A stretch of DNA of 64,000 bases from an uncultured Planctomycetia bacterium (GCA_964431835.1 CAYSKO010000003.1:53132-117131); one strand, 5' to 3'; shown: positions 35,680-45,776, counted from the stretch's first letter. The notes: generated from the letters alone by a model not told the origin. Numbers and translations: made by a program.

Positions 35680-37114
35680 CGCCTTCTCGGCCGTCTGCCA
35701 GGTTTTCCGCACTGAGATCGGCGTCGTGGTCCTGGCGCTCGGCTGCCTTATTTTCGACATCCTCCTTCCCGACACCGAAAAGCGCGCGAAGACCCTGGCC
35801 TCGATCGCGATGATCGGCGTGGCGCTTCTTTTCGGGCAGCTCTGCTTCCAATGGGGAAATTTCGGCGCCGCGTTCGGAGGCTCGCTCGTCCAGGACGGCA
35901 TCTCCTTCTACTTCAAGCTGATCTTCCTCCTAGCCGCGTTCTTCACACTCTTCATGGCGCGCGAGTACCAGTCGAAGCTCAAGCGCGGGCGCGAGGAATT
36001 CGTCCTCCTCATCCTTTTCGCGCTGGTCGGCACGATCTTTCTCGCCTCGGCGAACGATTTCCTTCTCTTTTTCATCGCACTCGAGACGCTGACGGTGTCT
36101 CTCTACGTGATGACGGCCTATCTGCGCGACCGCGAGTCGTCGATCGAGGCGGGCGTGAAATACATCGTCCTGGGCGCTCTCTCGACGGCCGTCTTCCTTT
36201 ACGGCCTGAGCTTCCTCTACGGCGCCTCGGGTACCACGTCCTTTACCGAAATGGGCGTTCGCATCGCGGCGATGCCCTCGGTGCCCGTTTCGTTCCTCTT
36301 CGGCATGGTGCTCGTCGTTTCTTCGCTCGGATTCAAGATCGCCGCGGTGCCGTTCCACCTTTGGGCGCCGGACGTGTACCAGGGCGCGCCGACGCCGGTC
36401 ACGGCTTATCTCGCGATCGGCTCCAAAGCCGCGGGTTTCGCGGGCCTCGTTCGCCTCTCCATGACGGCATTCGCGCCCGCGCAGGAATCGCTTTCCGCTC
36501 TCTTCGCGGTCCTCGCCGCCCTCACGATCCTCTACGGCAACCTCGGTGCGATCCCCCAGACCAACGTGAAGCGCCTCATGGGTTATTCGAGTATCGGCCA
36601 CGCGGGCTATCTCCTCATCGGCCTCGCGGCCTTCTCCGCGGGCGGCGGAGAATCGCTCCTTTATTACCTCATGGCGTATCTCTTCAGCACCGGCGGCGTC
36701 TTCTTGGCGATCGTTGCGCTTTCCCAGACCGCCAAAGCCGACGAGGTGGCCGATTTCGCGGGCCTTTCGCGCCGTTCGCCGCTCCTGGCCGCGGGGATCA
36801 TGCTCGGCCTCCTGTCGCTGGCCGGCGTGCCACCGTTCGCGGGTTTCTTCGCAAAGTTCTATCTGCTTTGGACCGGCGTGAAAGCAGGCCTCCTCTGGCT
36901 CGTCGCGATCGGCGTCTTGAACGTCGTGACGTCGCTTTTCTACTACTTGAAGATCGTAAAAGCCATGTACGTCGACGCACCGGCGGACACGAACCCCATC
37001 CGCCTTTCGCCCGACCAAAAGATCATCCAATATCTCTGCATCGCGGGCATTGTGGTCCTGGGTATTTGGCAGGGCCCGCTGGTCCGGCTCGTCGAAGCCG
37101 CTTTCGGCCGCTAA
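35672..37114 (+). CDS. nuoN: NADH-quinone oxidoreductase subunit N
   Basis: 480 aa Mrp-antiporter-like subunit. Start overlaps the nuoM stop. Confidence 0.85.
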   Translation: MFNAFSAVCQVFRTEIGVVVLALGCLIFDILLPDTEKRAKTLASIAMIGVALLFGQLCFQWGNFGAAFGGSLVQDGISFYFKLIFLLAAFFTLFMAREYQSKLKRGREEFVLLILFALVGTIFLASANDFLLFFIALETLTVSLYVMTAYLRDRESSIEAGVKYIVLGALSTAVFLYGLSFLYGASGTTSFTEMGVRIAAMPSVPVSFLFGMVLVVSSLGFKIAAVPFHLWAPDVYQGAPTPVTAYLAIGSKAAGFAGLVRLSMTAFAPAQESLSALFAVLAALTILYGNLGAIPQTNVKRLMGYSSIGHAGYLLIGLAAFSAGGGESLLYYLMAYLFSTGGVFLAIVALSQTAKADEVADFAGLSRRSPLLAAGIMLGLLSLAGVPPFAGFFAKFYLLWTGVKAGLLWLVAIGVLNVVTSLFYYLKIVKAMYVDAPADTNPIRLSPDQKIIQYLCIAGIVVLGIWQGPLVRLVEAAFGR

Positions 37115-37130
37115 AAGCCCTCTAAACACG

Positions 37131-37176
37131 AAAAAACCGCCCGCACCGGGGTTCCCGGTGCGGGCGGCTCTTTTTT
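37131..37176. terminator. bidirectional Rho-independent terminator (nuoN plus-strand / treT operon minus-strand)
   Basis: AAAAAACCGCCCGCACCGGGGTTCCCGGTGCGGGCGGCTCTTTTTT: a 13-bp GC stem flanked by an A-run and a T-run. Confidence 0.8.
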
Positions 37177-37186
37177 CGGAAAGACT

Positions 37187-38422
37187 TTAAGAGAGGCTGA
37201 CGCGGTCTCCTTCGTGGAAGAGCGAGAGGAAAAGCAGCATGTAATCGCGCAGGTGCCTCGTGAGGAGGAAGTTCTGCCGCACGTGCTCGCGGCCGTTCTC
37301 CCCCAGCTTTTGGGCGAAGGCGGGTTCCTGAAGGAGCTGTTTCAGCCAGTAAGCGGTTCCCTCGATCGAATGCGTGAGAATCCCCGAGTGCTTGTGCGTG
37401 ATCTGGAGCGGAATGCCTCCGACCGCGCTCGCGATGACCGGCTTTCCCTTCCACAAGGCCTCGGTGATCGTAAGCCCGAAACCCTCCTTCAGCGATTTTT
37501 GGAGGATCACCGTCGACACCCGCTGGATCGCGTTAATTTCGAGATGGCTCGTCTGCGGCAAAAGCATGATGAGGATGTCGGGATTGTTCCCGACCTCATT
37601 CTTCACCTCGGCCAGCACCTCGGCGCCTTCGGGATCGTCGGCCGCCGTGCCCCCCACGAGGAGGAGACGCGCGTCGACGTAATCCTGAACCTGCTTGAAC
37701 GCGCGCACCACGCCCACGGGATCCTTCAGCCGGTCGAAACGCGAAACCTGCGTCACGAGCGGCTTGTCGAGGGGGATGCCGAGGCGACTGATGATCGCGT
37801 CGATCTCCTCCTGCGGCAAATCGCGGTTCTTCTCCGCGAGCGGGTCGATGGACGGCGAGATGAGGGCCTGCGGAATCGAGAGGCTTTGCGCGAAGATCGG
37901 GGCCGAGAAAACCGAGCTGTCGTAGGACTCGATGAACTGCTTTAAGAACGACCAGAGCCCGGGATCGGGGTTCGAGACGTCCACATGGCAGCGCCAGACC
38001 CATTTGTTACCCATTTTCTTTTTCCTCTGGACAAGCCCCGCGGGCTGGAGATCGTGCACGAAGATGATGTCTTCGTCGAGCGGCATGGCGGCGAGATTTT
38101 CCTCCTGCACCGCCATGAACGTGTCGTAATCGCGTAGCTCGAAGTGCTGGGGCGTTCCGTGAAGCGCGTTGTGCATTTTTTTCGTGACGGCGTAGAAGGC
38201 CTCCCCGCCCTTGATTACGTCCCACTTGGCGTCGACGCCGAGTTCCTGAAAGAGCGGAATCATGCGGTTCAGGATCTCCGCCACGCCGCCGCCGACGGCG
38301 GTCGAATTGATATTGAGTATCCGTTTCCCCTGGAGCTGCCGCGCGAGAAGCCGGATCTCGTCCATCACCTGCTTGCCTACGATCGGCTCGTAATCGCTTA
38401 AGGTCGGTTTAAGCCGTGACAT
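37187..38422 (-). CDS. treT: trehalose synthase, glycosyl-transferring (TreT, GT4)
   Basis: Strong resemblance to archaeal/bacterial TreT: DYEPIVGKQ…INSTAVGGGVAEIL, WRCHVDVS, SPSIDPLAEKN, VTQVSRFD, DDPEG, KEGFGLTITEALWKGKPVI. Confidence 0.8.
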   Translation of the reverse strand: MSRLKPTLSDYEPIVGKQVMDEIRLLARQLQGKRILNINSTAVGGGVAEILNRMIPLFQELGVDAKWDVIKGGEAFYAVTKKMHNALHGTPQHFELRDYDTFMAVQEENLAAMPLDEDIIFVHDLQPAGLVQRKKKMGNKWVWRCHVDVSNPDPGLWSFLKQFIESYDSSVFSAPIFAQSLSIPQALISPSIDPLAEKNRDLPQEEIDAIISRLGIPLDKPLVTQVSRFDRLKDPVGVVRAFKQVQDYVDARLLLVGGTAADDPEGAEVLAEVKNEVGNNPDILIMLLPQTSHLEINAIQRVSTVILQKSLKEGFGLTITEALWKGKPVIASAVGGIPLQITHKHSGILTHSIEGTAYWLKQLLQEPAFAQKLGENGREHVRQNFLLTRHLRDYMLLFLSLFHEGDRVSLS

Positions 38423-39083
38423 GGGTGGCCTCCTCCTTGAGACGCTTCTCGACGAGGAGGAGGATACGCTGGCGCAGGCCCTCCATCGTCTGGGTATAGG
38501 GGTCGAGCTTGTCGATCTGTCGGGCGAGTTCGTGCTCGCCGTTGTGGTTCAGCCAGTCCGAGAAATCGTTCACGCCGAGGGGTTGGCGCAGGCGCCCAGT
38601 GAAGATGTGGTAATAGAGCGAGCTGATCGTCACCTTCCGCAGGCAGTCCCGGAATTCTGCGAGGTTGCGCGCCACGAGCTCCGTCGGCAGGTCGAAGAGG
38701 ATCGATTTCATGAAATGAAACTCTTCTCCGGGCGGGCACTCGCGCACGGTAGGATTCTCGTGCAGGAACCGGTCGATGGCGCCCGCGATCGCGGTCCGCA
38801 GGTCTTCGAGCGAATCGAAGCGCACGGTGTCGATCGCGGCCAAGCGCTCGCCCATCCTGTCTTCCTGAAGAACGTTCGTCGTCCAGAATGCAAAATCGTT
38901 CGGCGGCTCCGGGGTCAGGAACTGGTGCTGCTGCAGGAAATGGTGCGTGTGGTAGTACACCGACGATTCGGGCACCACCGAGAGATGGTCCCGCAGCTCC
39001 CGCAGGTTCTTCGCCTTGAGCCCCGTCAGCATGACGAGACTGAGCTGGGTCTTGAAATAGAAGGGTTTTTCCGCCTTTAACAT
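38409..39083 (-). CDS. hypothetical protein co-transcribed between otsB and treT
   Basis: ORF 38409..39515 trimmed to ATG 39083 (MLKAEKPFYFKTQLSLVMLTGLKAKNLRELRDHLSV…); the upstream part is Arg-rich and overlaps otsB. 224 aa, no recognised motif. Overlaps the treT start by 14 nt. Confidence 0.5.
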   Translation of the reverse strand: MLKAEKPFYFKTQLSLVMLTGLKAKNLRELRDHLSVVPESSVYYHTHHFLQQHQFLTPEPPNDFAFWTTNVLQEDRMGERLAAIDTVRFDSLEDLRTAIAGAIDRFLHENPTVRECPPGEEFHFMKSILFDLPTELVARNLAEFRDCLRKVTISSLYYHIFTGRLRQPLGVNDFSDWLNHNGEHELARQIDKLDPYTQTMEGLRQRILLLVEKRLKEEATHVTA

Positions 39084-39847
39084 TGGCTGAGTTCCTCCAA
39101 AAATTTGTCGACCTCTTTTTGGGAATCGAGGTAATACTGTGCGTGCGATTTCCGCGAGCGGCCGACGCGGATCGTGAGTCCGAAGCGTCCCATAGCCTTG
39201 AACATGTCCTCGTCCGTGCGGTCGTCGCCGATGACGATCGGCAGCGAGCCGGGATACTTCTTCAAAAGATGCACCGCGGCGAATCCCTTGTGCCAGCGGA
39301 TCTTCGGAAACACTTCCCAGACCTTCTTGCCTTTGCGCCACGCAAGCGGATGCTTGGCGTAATGTTTTTTGAAGAACTCCACCATCTGCCCGAACGCGGG
39401 TGTGTGCTCCTTGGGTAGATTCCGGAAGTGGAGGCTGATCGTGAGTCCCTTGTCCTCGATCAGGATGCCCGGGAGGTAATAGAAATCGGCGTTCAGCTTC
39501 TCGACCAGGAGCCACATCGTGAACCTGAGGCGACGCGCCTTCTTCGCTTCCAATGGAAGGGCGAGCCCTTCCATTTCGAGCCCGTGGTTCCCGACGTAGA
39601 CGACATTCTTCAGGTCAAAATACGTCCGCAGGTTCTTCAAGCTCCGGCCGCTGATGATCGACACACGAAAACCAGGTTTTTTCACGAGCTGACGGAGAAG
39701 CCGCTTCGTGCTGTCGCAGAAACTCACTTCGTCGGGCGTGGGGGCGATCGAAACGAGCGTCCCGTCGAAATCCAACATCAAGAGCTTCTTCTTGTTTGAA
39801 AGAAGCCTCTTTTTGATCGCCGGCCAGTCCCGCCAAAGTAAACGCAT
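39077..39847 (-). CDS. otsB: trehalose-6-phosphate phosphatase (HAD-IIB)
   Basis: HAD motif I LLMLDFDGTL and motif IV GDDRTDEDMF. OtsB-like length. Confidence 0.8.
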   Translation of the reverse strand: MRLLWRDWPAIKKRLLSNKKKLLMLDFDGTLVSIAPTPDEVSFCDSTKRLLRQLVKKPGFRVSIISGRSLKNLRTYFDLKNVVYVGNHGLEMEGLALPLEAKKARRLRFTMWLLVEKLNADFYYLPGILIEDKGLTISLHFRNLPKEHTPAFGQMVEFFKKHYAKHPLAWRKGKKVWEVFPKIRWHKGFAAVHLLKKYPGSLPIVIGDDRTDEDMFKAMGRFGLTIRVGRSRKSHAQYYLDSQKEVDKFLEELSQC

Positions 39848-39849
39848 GG

Positions 39850-42120
39850 CTAAAGGATGCGGACGTTGACCGCTTGCGTAGGGTGAAGATCGAGGCGCAC
39901 GCCCGCCAGCTCGTGGATGAGGTCGGCTGCCCAGCGGTACACGTTACGGTCCTTGAGAAGCGCGCGCATGCGGCGCATCCGCTCTTCCTGCTCGTGGGGC
40001 CGCATGAGAAGCGCGGTGCGGATCGCCTCGGCCGTCTGCGCCGTGTCGTAAGGATTCACGATCACGGCGTCGCTCAGCTCCCGGGCCGCCCCAGTGAACT
40101 GGCTCAAGATGAGGACGCCCCGCTCGTCCTGCCGTGCCATCACGAATTCCTTGGCCACGAGATTCATGCCGTCGTGGAGCGACGTCACCATGCAGACGTC
40201 GGCTCCGGCATAGAACGGGGCGATGTCTTTCTGGCTGTGATGTTTCTTGAGAAGCAGGATCGCCTTCCAATTCTTCGCCTTGAAGCGGGCGTTGATGCGT
40301 TCAGCCTCCCGCTCGACCTCGTACACGAATTCCTGGTACTTCTGAATGAGCGACCGGCTCGGCGCCCCGAGCTCGACGAACGTGAAGCGGCCCTGGTATT
40401 CGGGGTTCTTTTCGAGGAAGTGTTCCACCGCACGGAAGCGCTCAAGGATGCCCTTTGTGTAATCAAGCCGGTCGACGCCGACTCCGACGAAGTCCGCCGT
40501 GATTCCGTAGGGCTTAAGGAGCTCCGTTTTCGAGACCGGCGCCGTCGCCGGGCTTTCGCCGCCGGAAAACGCGATGCTAATCGGGAACGGCTTGATCCAG
40601 GTCGTGTGTCCTTCCCGGTTGACGTTGAAATGCTCGTAATCGATGCGGCACTCGAGGATCCGGTCCACCGTTTGCACGAAGTTGTTGCAGTGGTACTGCG
40701 TGTGGAAGCCGATGAGGTCGGCGCCGAGCATGCCGTCCAAGACTTCCTGCTGCCACGGGCAAATGCTGAACGATTCCGGGTTCGGCCAAGGGATATGCCA
40801 GAAAATGGCCACGCGCGCGTCGGGGCGCTCGGCTTTGATGAGCCGCGGCAGAAGCGCGAAGTGGTAGTCCTGGATGAGCACGCAGGGCTCGGACGTGCCC
40901 TCGAGCTCCTGGAGAAGCGCCTTTGCGAATTTCTTGTTCACCGCTTCGTACGCCTGCCAGTCCGTTTCGCGGAACGTGGGACGCGTGTGGGCGACGTGGC
41001 AAAGAGGCCAGAGCCCCTCGTTCGAAAATCCGTAATAGTAGCCGGCCTCTTCTTCTTTGGTGAGCCAGACGCGGCGGAGGGTGTACTGCGGCTCCTCGGG
41101 CGGCACGCGCAAGCGGTCCGACTCGTCTACGGTCTCGCGGTCGGCGTCGCCGTTGCCCTCGGCGATCCAGGTACCGCCGCACGCCTTGAGAACGGGCTCG
41201 AGCGCGGTCACGAGTCCGCTCGCGGGGACGACGCACTCGATTTCCTTGCCCTTCTTCACGTGCTGGTAGGGCTCGCGGTTCGAGACAACGAAGAGCGGGC
41301 GGCCCTGGAGCTTCAAGCGGACGAATTCCTTTAAACGTTCCGGCGTCCAGAGTGACTCCGACGACTGGCGCAGACGCGCTTCTTCCTCAGCCGCCTCGCG
41401 GGCTTGGACGAGACTGATGGCGAGCTTCGAGATTTCCTTGGCGATTGGACCCAAGAGGCGCTCTTCGGCCGGCGAAAGCTGGTCTGGCTTCGCCTCGCCC
41501 ATGCGGACTTTCTTGATCCAGTCGGCGGTCTTGCGTATCGGACGCATCACGTTGAGATAAAAAACGCCGAGAGTCGTCGCGGAGACGAGCACCCAGATAA
41601 CCGCGATGCGGAGCAGGTTCATGAGCCAGATGCGGCGCAGGCGCTCGTGGATGAAGCCCGCTTTGTGAAAGACGGTGACGGCGTATTCGCCGGCGCCGGT
41701 TAGGACCGGCGTGGAGTAGGCGTGGATATCCCGCTCGCCGAGACGCATGAAATCGCCGGCCGGACGCCCCTGGCGGACGGCGGTCTGAACGACGTCCCGC
41801 ACCGCTTTGGGCGATTCGGCCGCGCCGAACACGCCCGAGGACCCGGCCACGAGGCGACCGTCCTTGTCGTGCACGCAGAGCCCGAGAAGATCCTCGCGGT
41901 TCGAAAATTCGTCGGCGATGGGCGCCAGTTTCTCGAGGTGCCCTTCGGCGAGCGCCGGACGGACGGCTTCACGGAAGCTGTCGGCCAAAAGCCCGGCGTT
42001 TCGTTCGAGCTCCGACTTGAGCCGCGCTTTTTCGGTCCGGACCTGCCAGAGCGAAGAAACGATGAAGAGCGCAGCGAGAACCAGGAGCAAAGTTACGATA
42101 AGTTTTAAAGTAGCCCGCAC
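39850..42120 (-). CDS. otsA: trehalose-6-phosphate synthase (GT20 OtsA) fused to an N-terminal ~270-aa two-TM periplasmic sensor module with a HAMP-like linker
   Basis: TM1 [21 protein letters not shown], a ~150-aa extracytoplasmic segment, TM2 [28 protein letters not shown], and a linker. The GT20 core starts near [31 protein letters not shown], with GFFLHIPFP-equivalent FWHIPWP and the C-terminal catalytic region. Confidence 0.75.
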   Translation of the reverse strand: MRATLKLIVTLLLVLAALFIVSSLWQVRTEKARLKSELERNAGLLADSFREAVRPALAEGHLEKLAPIADEFSNREDLLGLCVHDKDGRLVAGSSGVFGAAESPKAVRDVVQTAVRQGRPAGDFMRLGERDIHAYSTPVLTGAGEYAVTVFHKAGFIHERLRRIWLMNLLRIAVIWVLVSATTLGVFYLNVMRPIRKTADWIKKVRMGEAKPDQLSPAEERLLGPIAKEISKLAISLVQAREAAEEEARLRQSSESLWTPERLKEFVRLKLQGRPLFVVSNREPYQHVKKGKEIECVVPASGLVTALEPVLKACGGTWIAEGNGDADRETVDESDRLRVPPEEPQYTLRRVWLTKEEEAGYYYGFSNEGLWPLCHVAHTRPTFRETDWQAYEAVNKKFAKALLQELEGTSEPCVLIQDYHFALLPRLIKAERPDARVAIFWHIPWPNPESFSICPWQQEVLDGMLGADLIGFHTQYHCNNFVQTVDRILECRIDYEHFNVNREGHTTWIKPFPISIAFSGGESPATAPVSKTELLKPYGITADFVGVGVDRLDYTKGILERFRAVEHFLEKNPEYQGRFTFVELGAPSRSLIQKYQEFVYEVEREAERINARFKAKNWKAILLLKKHHSQKDIAPFYAGADVCMVTSLHDGMNLVAKEFVMARQDERGVLILSQFTGAARELSDAVIVNPYDTAQTAEAIRTALLMRPHEQEERMRRMRALLKDRNVYRWAADLIHELAGVRLDLHPTQAVNVRIL

Positions 42121-42152
42121 GGCACTCCCGGGGAAGGAAAAATCGGGTTTGT

Positions 42153-43256
42153 TTAACGCGCGTTACGAGGTTCGGTCAGCGCGTCGTGAATCTGTACGGT
42201 CGTTTCCTTGGAGATCGAGAACGTCCGCGTCGGGTAAGGGATCGTAATCCCCTCTTTGCGGAAGCGTTCGTGAACGGCCTTGATGAACTCGTGTTTGATG
42301 AGGTATTGGTCGGTGAATTCTTTGCCCTGCATGATCACGCTAAAGCCGATTCCCGAGTCGCAAAACGAGTGGAAGCGGATGAACGGCTCGAAATCGGCCA
42401 CCCCTCCCGGCGTCGCCTTCATGATCTCCCGGGCCACGGCGGTGACGACCCGCTCGACTTTCGGCAGATCGCTTTCGTAGTGCACGGACACCTCAACGAG
42501 CACCGCGATCAGCTTCGTGGGGGCGTAATAGTTCGTGATCACGCTCGAGACGAGCTTCGCGTTCGGGATCACGATCATGTTGTTCGAAGGCTCGCGGATG
42601 CGGGTGCTGCGCCATCCAACGTCGGTGACGTACCCTTGCTGCCCGGCTTCCAGCTTCACGAAGTCGCCGATCGCGACCGGCTTGTCGATCGTGACGTAAA
42701 TGCCCGCGAAAAAATTAGAAAGAGTGTCTTGGAGCGCGAGTGCCACCGCCAGCGAACCGATACCCAGCGAGGCGAGGATCGGCGTGATCGATATCCCCAT
42801 GAGGTCGAGGAAAATCAGCGCGCCGAGGCCAATGATGAACCCGCGGACAAGGCCCTTCGCGACCCCCTGAGAGACGCTTCCGAACACGGGGGTCGAATGC
42901 CGAGTCATGTACCCGCGCACGAGCCGATCGAGGAAGAGGACGACCGCCAAAACCACGGCTCCCTGAAGCGCGATCCGCGCGAGCTGGCTCGCCTTTTCCG
43001 GAAGCGGCAGGAGCTCCATGAGGAGGGCCATGCCCGACGCGAGAATGATGAGGTTGAGCGGAAACGACAGGGCGTCGATCAGGATGTCGTCCCAGACCGC
43101 CGTGGTGCGCGAGGCCCAAACTTTGAACCGCCGGAACAGGATCTTCTTGAAAAGCCATAGTATCAGGAGCCAAGCGACGACGACGGCAGGCGCGAAAAGA
43201 TAAGCGGGCAGAACCTGATTCAGGGAATAAAACCAGCTGGAGGGCTGGGACGGCAT
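42153..43256 (-). CDS. mechanosensitive ion channel protein, MscS family
   Basis: TM helices followed by the MscS beta-domain pattern (…GDFVKLEAGQQGYVTDVGWRSTRIREPSNNMIVIPNAKL…). Confidence 0.8.
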   Translation of the reverse strand: MPSQPSSWFYSLNQVLPAYLFAPAVVVAWLLILWLFKKILFRRFKVWASRTTAVWDDILIDALSFPLNLIILASGMALLMELLPLPEKASQLARIALQGAVVLAVVLFLDRLVRGYMTRHSTPVFGSVSQGVAKGLVRGFIIGLGALIFLDLMGISITPILASLGIGSLAVALALQDTLSNFFAGIYVTIDKPVAIGDFVKLEAGQQGYVTDVGWRSTRIREPSNNMIVIPNAKLVSSVITNYYAPTKLIAVLVEVSVHYESDLPKVERVVTAVAREIMKATPGGVADFEPFIRFHSFCDSGIGFSVIMQGKEFTDQYLIKHEFIKAVHERFRKEGITIPYPTRTFSISKETTVQIHDALTEPRNAR

Positions 43257-43340
43257 CGGCTACCTTTCGGGATGACTTAAGTAGCCCTATTATATCAATT
43301 TCCGACTGTCTTTTCCCTATAAAAGGGGCCAGGTAGGATA

Positions 43341-43376
43341 AAAAGGCGGGGAGGGGTCTCCCCCTCCCCGCCAGAC
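43341..43376 (-). terminator. Rho-independent terminator after glnK
   Basis: GGCGGGAGGGGG-tct-CCCCCTCCCCGCC, a 12-13-bp G/C stem. A T-run follows on the minus strand (A-run 43341-45 on the plus strand). Confidence 0.75.
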
Positions 43377-43388
43377 TTCTTTTCTCGC

Positions 43389-43730
43389 TTAACCGATGGC
43401 GACGTTTTGCGTCTCGCCGGTCCGGATACGCACGCACTGGGCCAGGTCGACGACGAAGATCTTGCCGTCGCCGATGTTGCCGGTGCGGGCGCCCGCGGTG
43501 ATCGCCTCGACGGCGTGCTTCACGAACTCCTCGTTGACCGCCACTTCGATCTTCACCTTCCGGAGCAGGCTCCCCGCTTCCTTGTGACTGCGGTAAACCT
43601 CCGAGATGCCCTTCTGGCGGCCGCGTCCCATGACTTCGGTCACGGTGACGAGGTGGATCTGCTTTTCTTCCAGCCGGTCGAGCGTCTCGTCGAGCCGGTC
43701 GGGCTGGATGATCGCGATGATATATTTCAT
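43389..43730 (-). CDS. glnK: nitrogen regulatory protein P-II
   Basis: 112-aa PII fold with the T-loop RGRQKG…Y region. Directly downstream of amtB. Confidence 0.85.
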   Translation of the reverse strand: MKYIIAIIQPDRLDETLDRLEEKQIHLVTVTEVMGRGRQKGISEVYRSHKEAGSLLRKVKIEVAVNEEFVKHAVEAITAGARTGNIGDGKIFVVDLAQCVRIRTGETQNVAIG

Positions 43731-43741
43731 TATTTTTCTCC

Positions 43742-45082
43742 TTAGTCCAGGGTCGTGTAAGCGGCTTCGCGGTGCTGCGTCAAATCGAGGCCGATCCGCT
43801 CTTCCTGCTCGGTGACGCGCAGGCCGCAGATCAAGTCCACGACCTTAAGCAGGATGAACGTGACGACCGCCGAATAGACGACCGTAATGAGGACCGCCTT
43901 GAGCTGGATAAACAAAAGGCCCGGGTTGCCGTAAAACAGCCCGTCCGCGCCGGCGGAATTGACCGTCTTGTTCGCCCAGAGACCGGTTGCGATGGCTCCC
44001 CAGATGCCGCCGACGCCGTGCACGCCGAACACGTCGAGCGAATCGTCGTAGCCCATCTTCACCTTCACAACCGCGACGAAGAAGTAGCAGATCAGCGACA
44101 CGCCGATGCCGATCCAGATCGCGTCGATCGGGGTGACAAAACCGGCCGCGGGAGTGATCGCGACGAGGCCCGCGACGACGCCCGTGATCATGCCGAGCAT
44201 CGTGGGGTGCGCGTTGATCTTCCAGTCGAGGAGCGCCCACGTGAGGCCCGCCGCGGCGGCCGCGACGTGCGTGACGAGGAACGCGTTGACGGCCAGGCCG
44301 TTGGCTCCGAGCGCGGAACCGCCGTTGAACCCGATCCAGCCGAACCAGAGAAGACCCGCTCCGAGGACGGCGTAAGGAAGGTTGTGCGGGGGCGACATCT
44401 TCTTCGGGAAACCGGTGCGCTTGCCGAGAACCAGCGAGCAAACGAGCGCCGCGATGCCGGCGTTGATGTGGACGACCGTTCCGCCCGCGAAGTCGAGAGC
44501 GCCCATGGTGCGGATGAAACCGCCGACGGCCCAGACCCAGTGGCAGATCGGGTCATAAACGAGCGTCGCCCAGAGGACGATGAACACGCAGTAAGCGGCG
44601 AATTTCATTCGCTCGGCGAACGCGCCCAGGATCAGGGCGGGCGTGATGACCGCGAACATGCACTGGAACAGCATGAAGAGCGTGTGGGGGATGGTCGCAG
44701 CGTAGTCCGCGTTCGGCTCGGCACCCACGCCGGCCAGAGCGAGGAAGTTCAGACCGCCGATCAGGCCTTTCACGTCGGTTCCGAACGAGAGTGTGTAACC
44801 GATGAGGATCCACTGGATGGTGATGATGCACGCGGCCATGAAGCACTGCATGAGCACCGATAGGAAGTTCTTCTTGCGGACCAGACCACCGTAGAAGAAC
44901 GCCAGCGCGGGCGTCATGAGGAGAACTAGGGCGGAGCTGACGATGATCCAGGCGGTGTCGCCGGTATCGATCGTGGGCGCTGCCGCTTCTTCCGCAAACG
45001 CGATGGCCGGCACAAGCGCCGTTCCGGCCAGGACGAACAGGGCCGTGAACAGCCCTTTAAACCCTCTCCATGCGTCTTTCAT
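43742..45082 (-). CDS. amtB: ammonium transporter
   Basis: Signal peptide plus 11 TM helices. Amt signature DFAGGTVVHINAG. Confidence 0.85.
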   Translation of the reverse strand: MKDAWRGFKGLFTALFVLAGTALVPAIAFAEEAAAPTIDTGDTAWIIVSSALVLLMTPALAFFYGGLVRKKNFLSVLMQCFMAACIITIQWILIGYTLSFGTDVKGLIGGLNFLALAGVGAEPNADYAATIPHTLFMLFQCMFAVITPALILGAFAERMKFAAYCVFIVLWATLVYDPICHWVWAVGGFIRTMGALDFAGGTVVHINAGIAALVCSLVLGKRTGFPKKMSPPHNLPYAVLGAGLLWFGWIGFNGGSALGANGLAVNAFLVTHVAAAAAGLTWALLDWKINAHPTMLGMITGVVAGLVAITPAAGFVTPIDAIWIGIGVSLICYFFVAVVKVKMGYDDSLDVFGVHGVGGIWGAIATGLWANKTVNSAGADGLFYGNPGLLFIQLKAVLITVVYSAVVTFILLKVVDLICGLRVTEQEERIGLDLTQHREAAYTTLD

Positions 45083-45192
45083 TCATTCCTCCTTTGGCGA
45101 ATCATACGTCGTTCAATCCGACGTTATTCTGCCCGGGGAATGTTTCGGTGATGTTACGGAGGAGTAAAGTCTCGGGGACGGCCGTTTAACGG

Positions 45193-45759
45193 TCAGCGCC
45201 GCTTGGAGGAGCGCTTCTTCTGGTTCCGGTGCCGCAGCTCGGCCTCTTCGATGATGCGCAGAGCGGTCTTCCGGTCGTGCCAGCCCTCGACGCCGGTCTT
45301 TTTCTTCTCGAGGTCCTTGTACACCGTGAAGAAATGTTCCACTTCCTTCAAAAGATGCGGCGGAACGTCCGAGAGCTGCTGGATGTGGTTCCAGAACGGG
45401 TCGTTTAGCGGAACGCAGAGGACTTTTTCATCCGGACCTTTCTCGTCCCACATCTTGAATAAACCGACGGGCTTCGCCTCGATGATGCAGCCCGGGAACG
45501 TAGGTTCCCAAACGAGCACGAGTGCGTCCAGCGCGTCGCCGTCAAGCGCGAGCGTTCCGGGAATAAAGCCGTAATCGCTCGGATAATGGACCGACGAGAA
45601 GAGCATGCGGTCGAACTTGAGCGCCTTGCGCTCCTTGTCGTACTCGTATTTGTTGCGGCTTCCTTTCGGAATCTCGATGACGACCGTGAGGCTCTGGATA
45701 TCGCGGGGTTCCTTCTGGACTTTCACGCTCCTGGCCTTTCCCTTACGCTTTCCCGGCAT
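45193..45759 (-). CDS. ppa: inorganic pyrophosphatase (family I) with basic N- and C-terminal extensions
   Basis: ORF 45193..46308 trimmed to ATG 45759. Core …VVIEIPKGSRNKYEYDKE…DGDALDALVL… matches the PPase signature. The true start could be a little further downstream. Confidence 0.7.
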   Translation of the reverse strand: MPGKRKGKARSVKVQKEPRDIQSLTVVIEIPKGSRNKYEYDKERKALKFDRMLFSSVHYPSDYGFIPGTLALDGDALDALVLVWEPTFPGCIIEAKPVGLFKMWDEKGPDEKVLCVPLNDPFWNHIQQLSDVPPHLLKEVEHFFTVYKDLEKKKTGVEGWHDRKTALRIIEEAELRHRNQKKRSSKRR

Positions 45760-45776
45760 TCTTCTTTTTCCTTTCT

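Noticed and set aside
43285-43300. Extended -10 TGATATAAT upstream of mscS as a promoter
   Set aside because: It lies at a plausible distance (32 nt) from the ATG, but there is no -35 match and only single-hexamer support, so it is not listed as a feature.
45084-45110. tRNA-like T-arm (CGTCG-TTCAATC-CGACG) upstream of amtB
   Set aside because: No acceptor stem, anticodon arm or CCA context. It overlaps the amtB start region, so it is not a tRNA gene.
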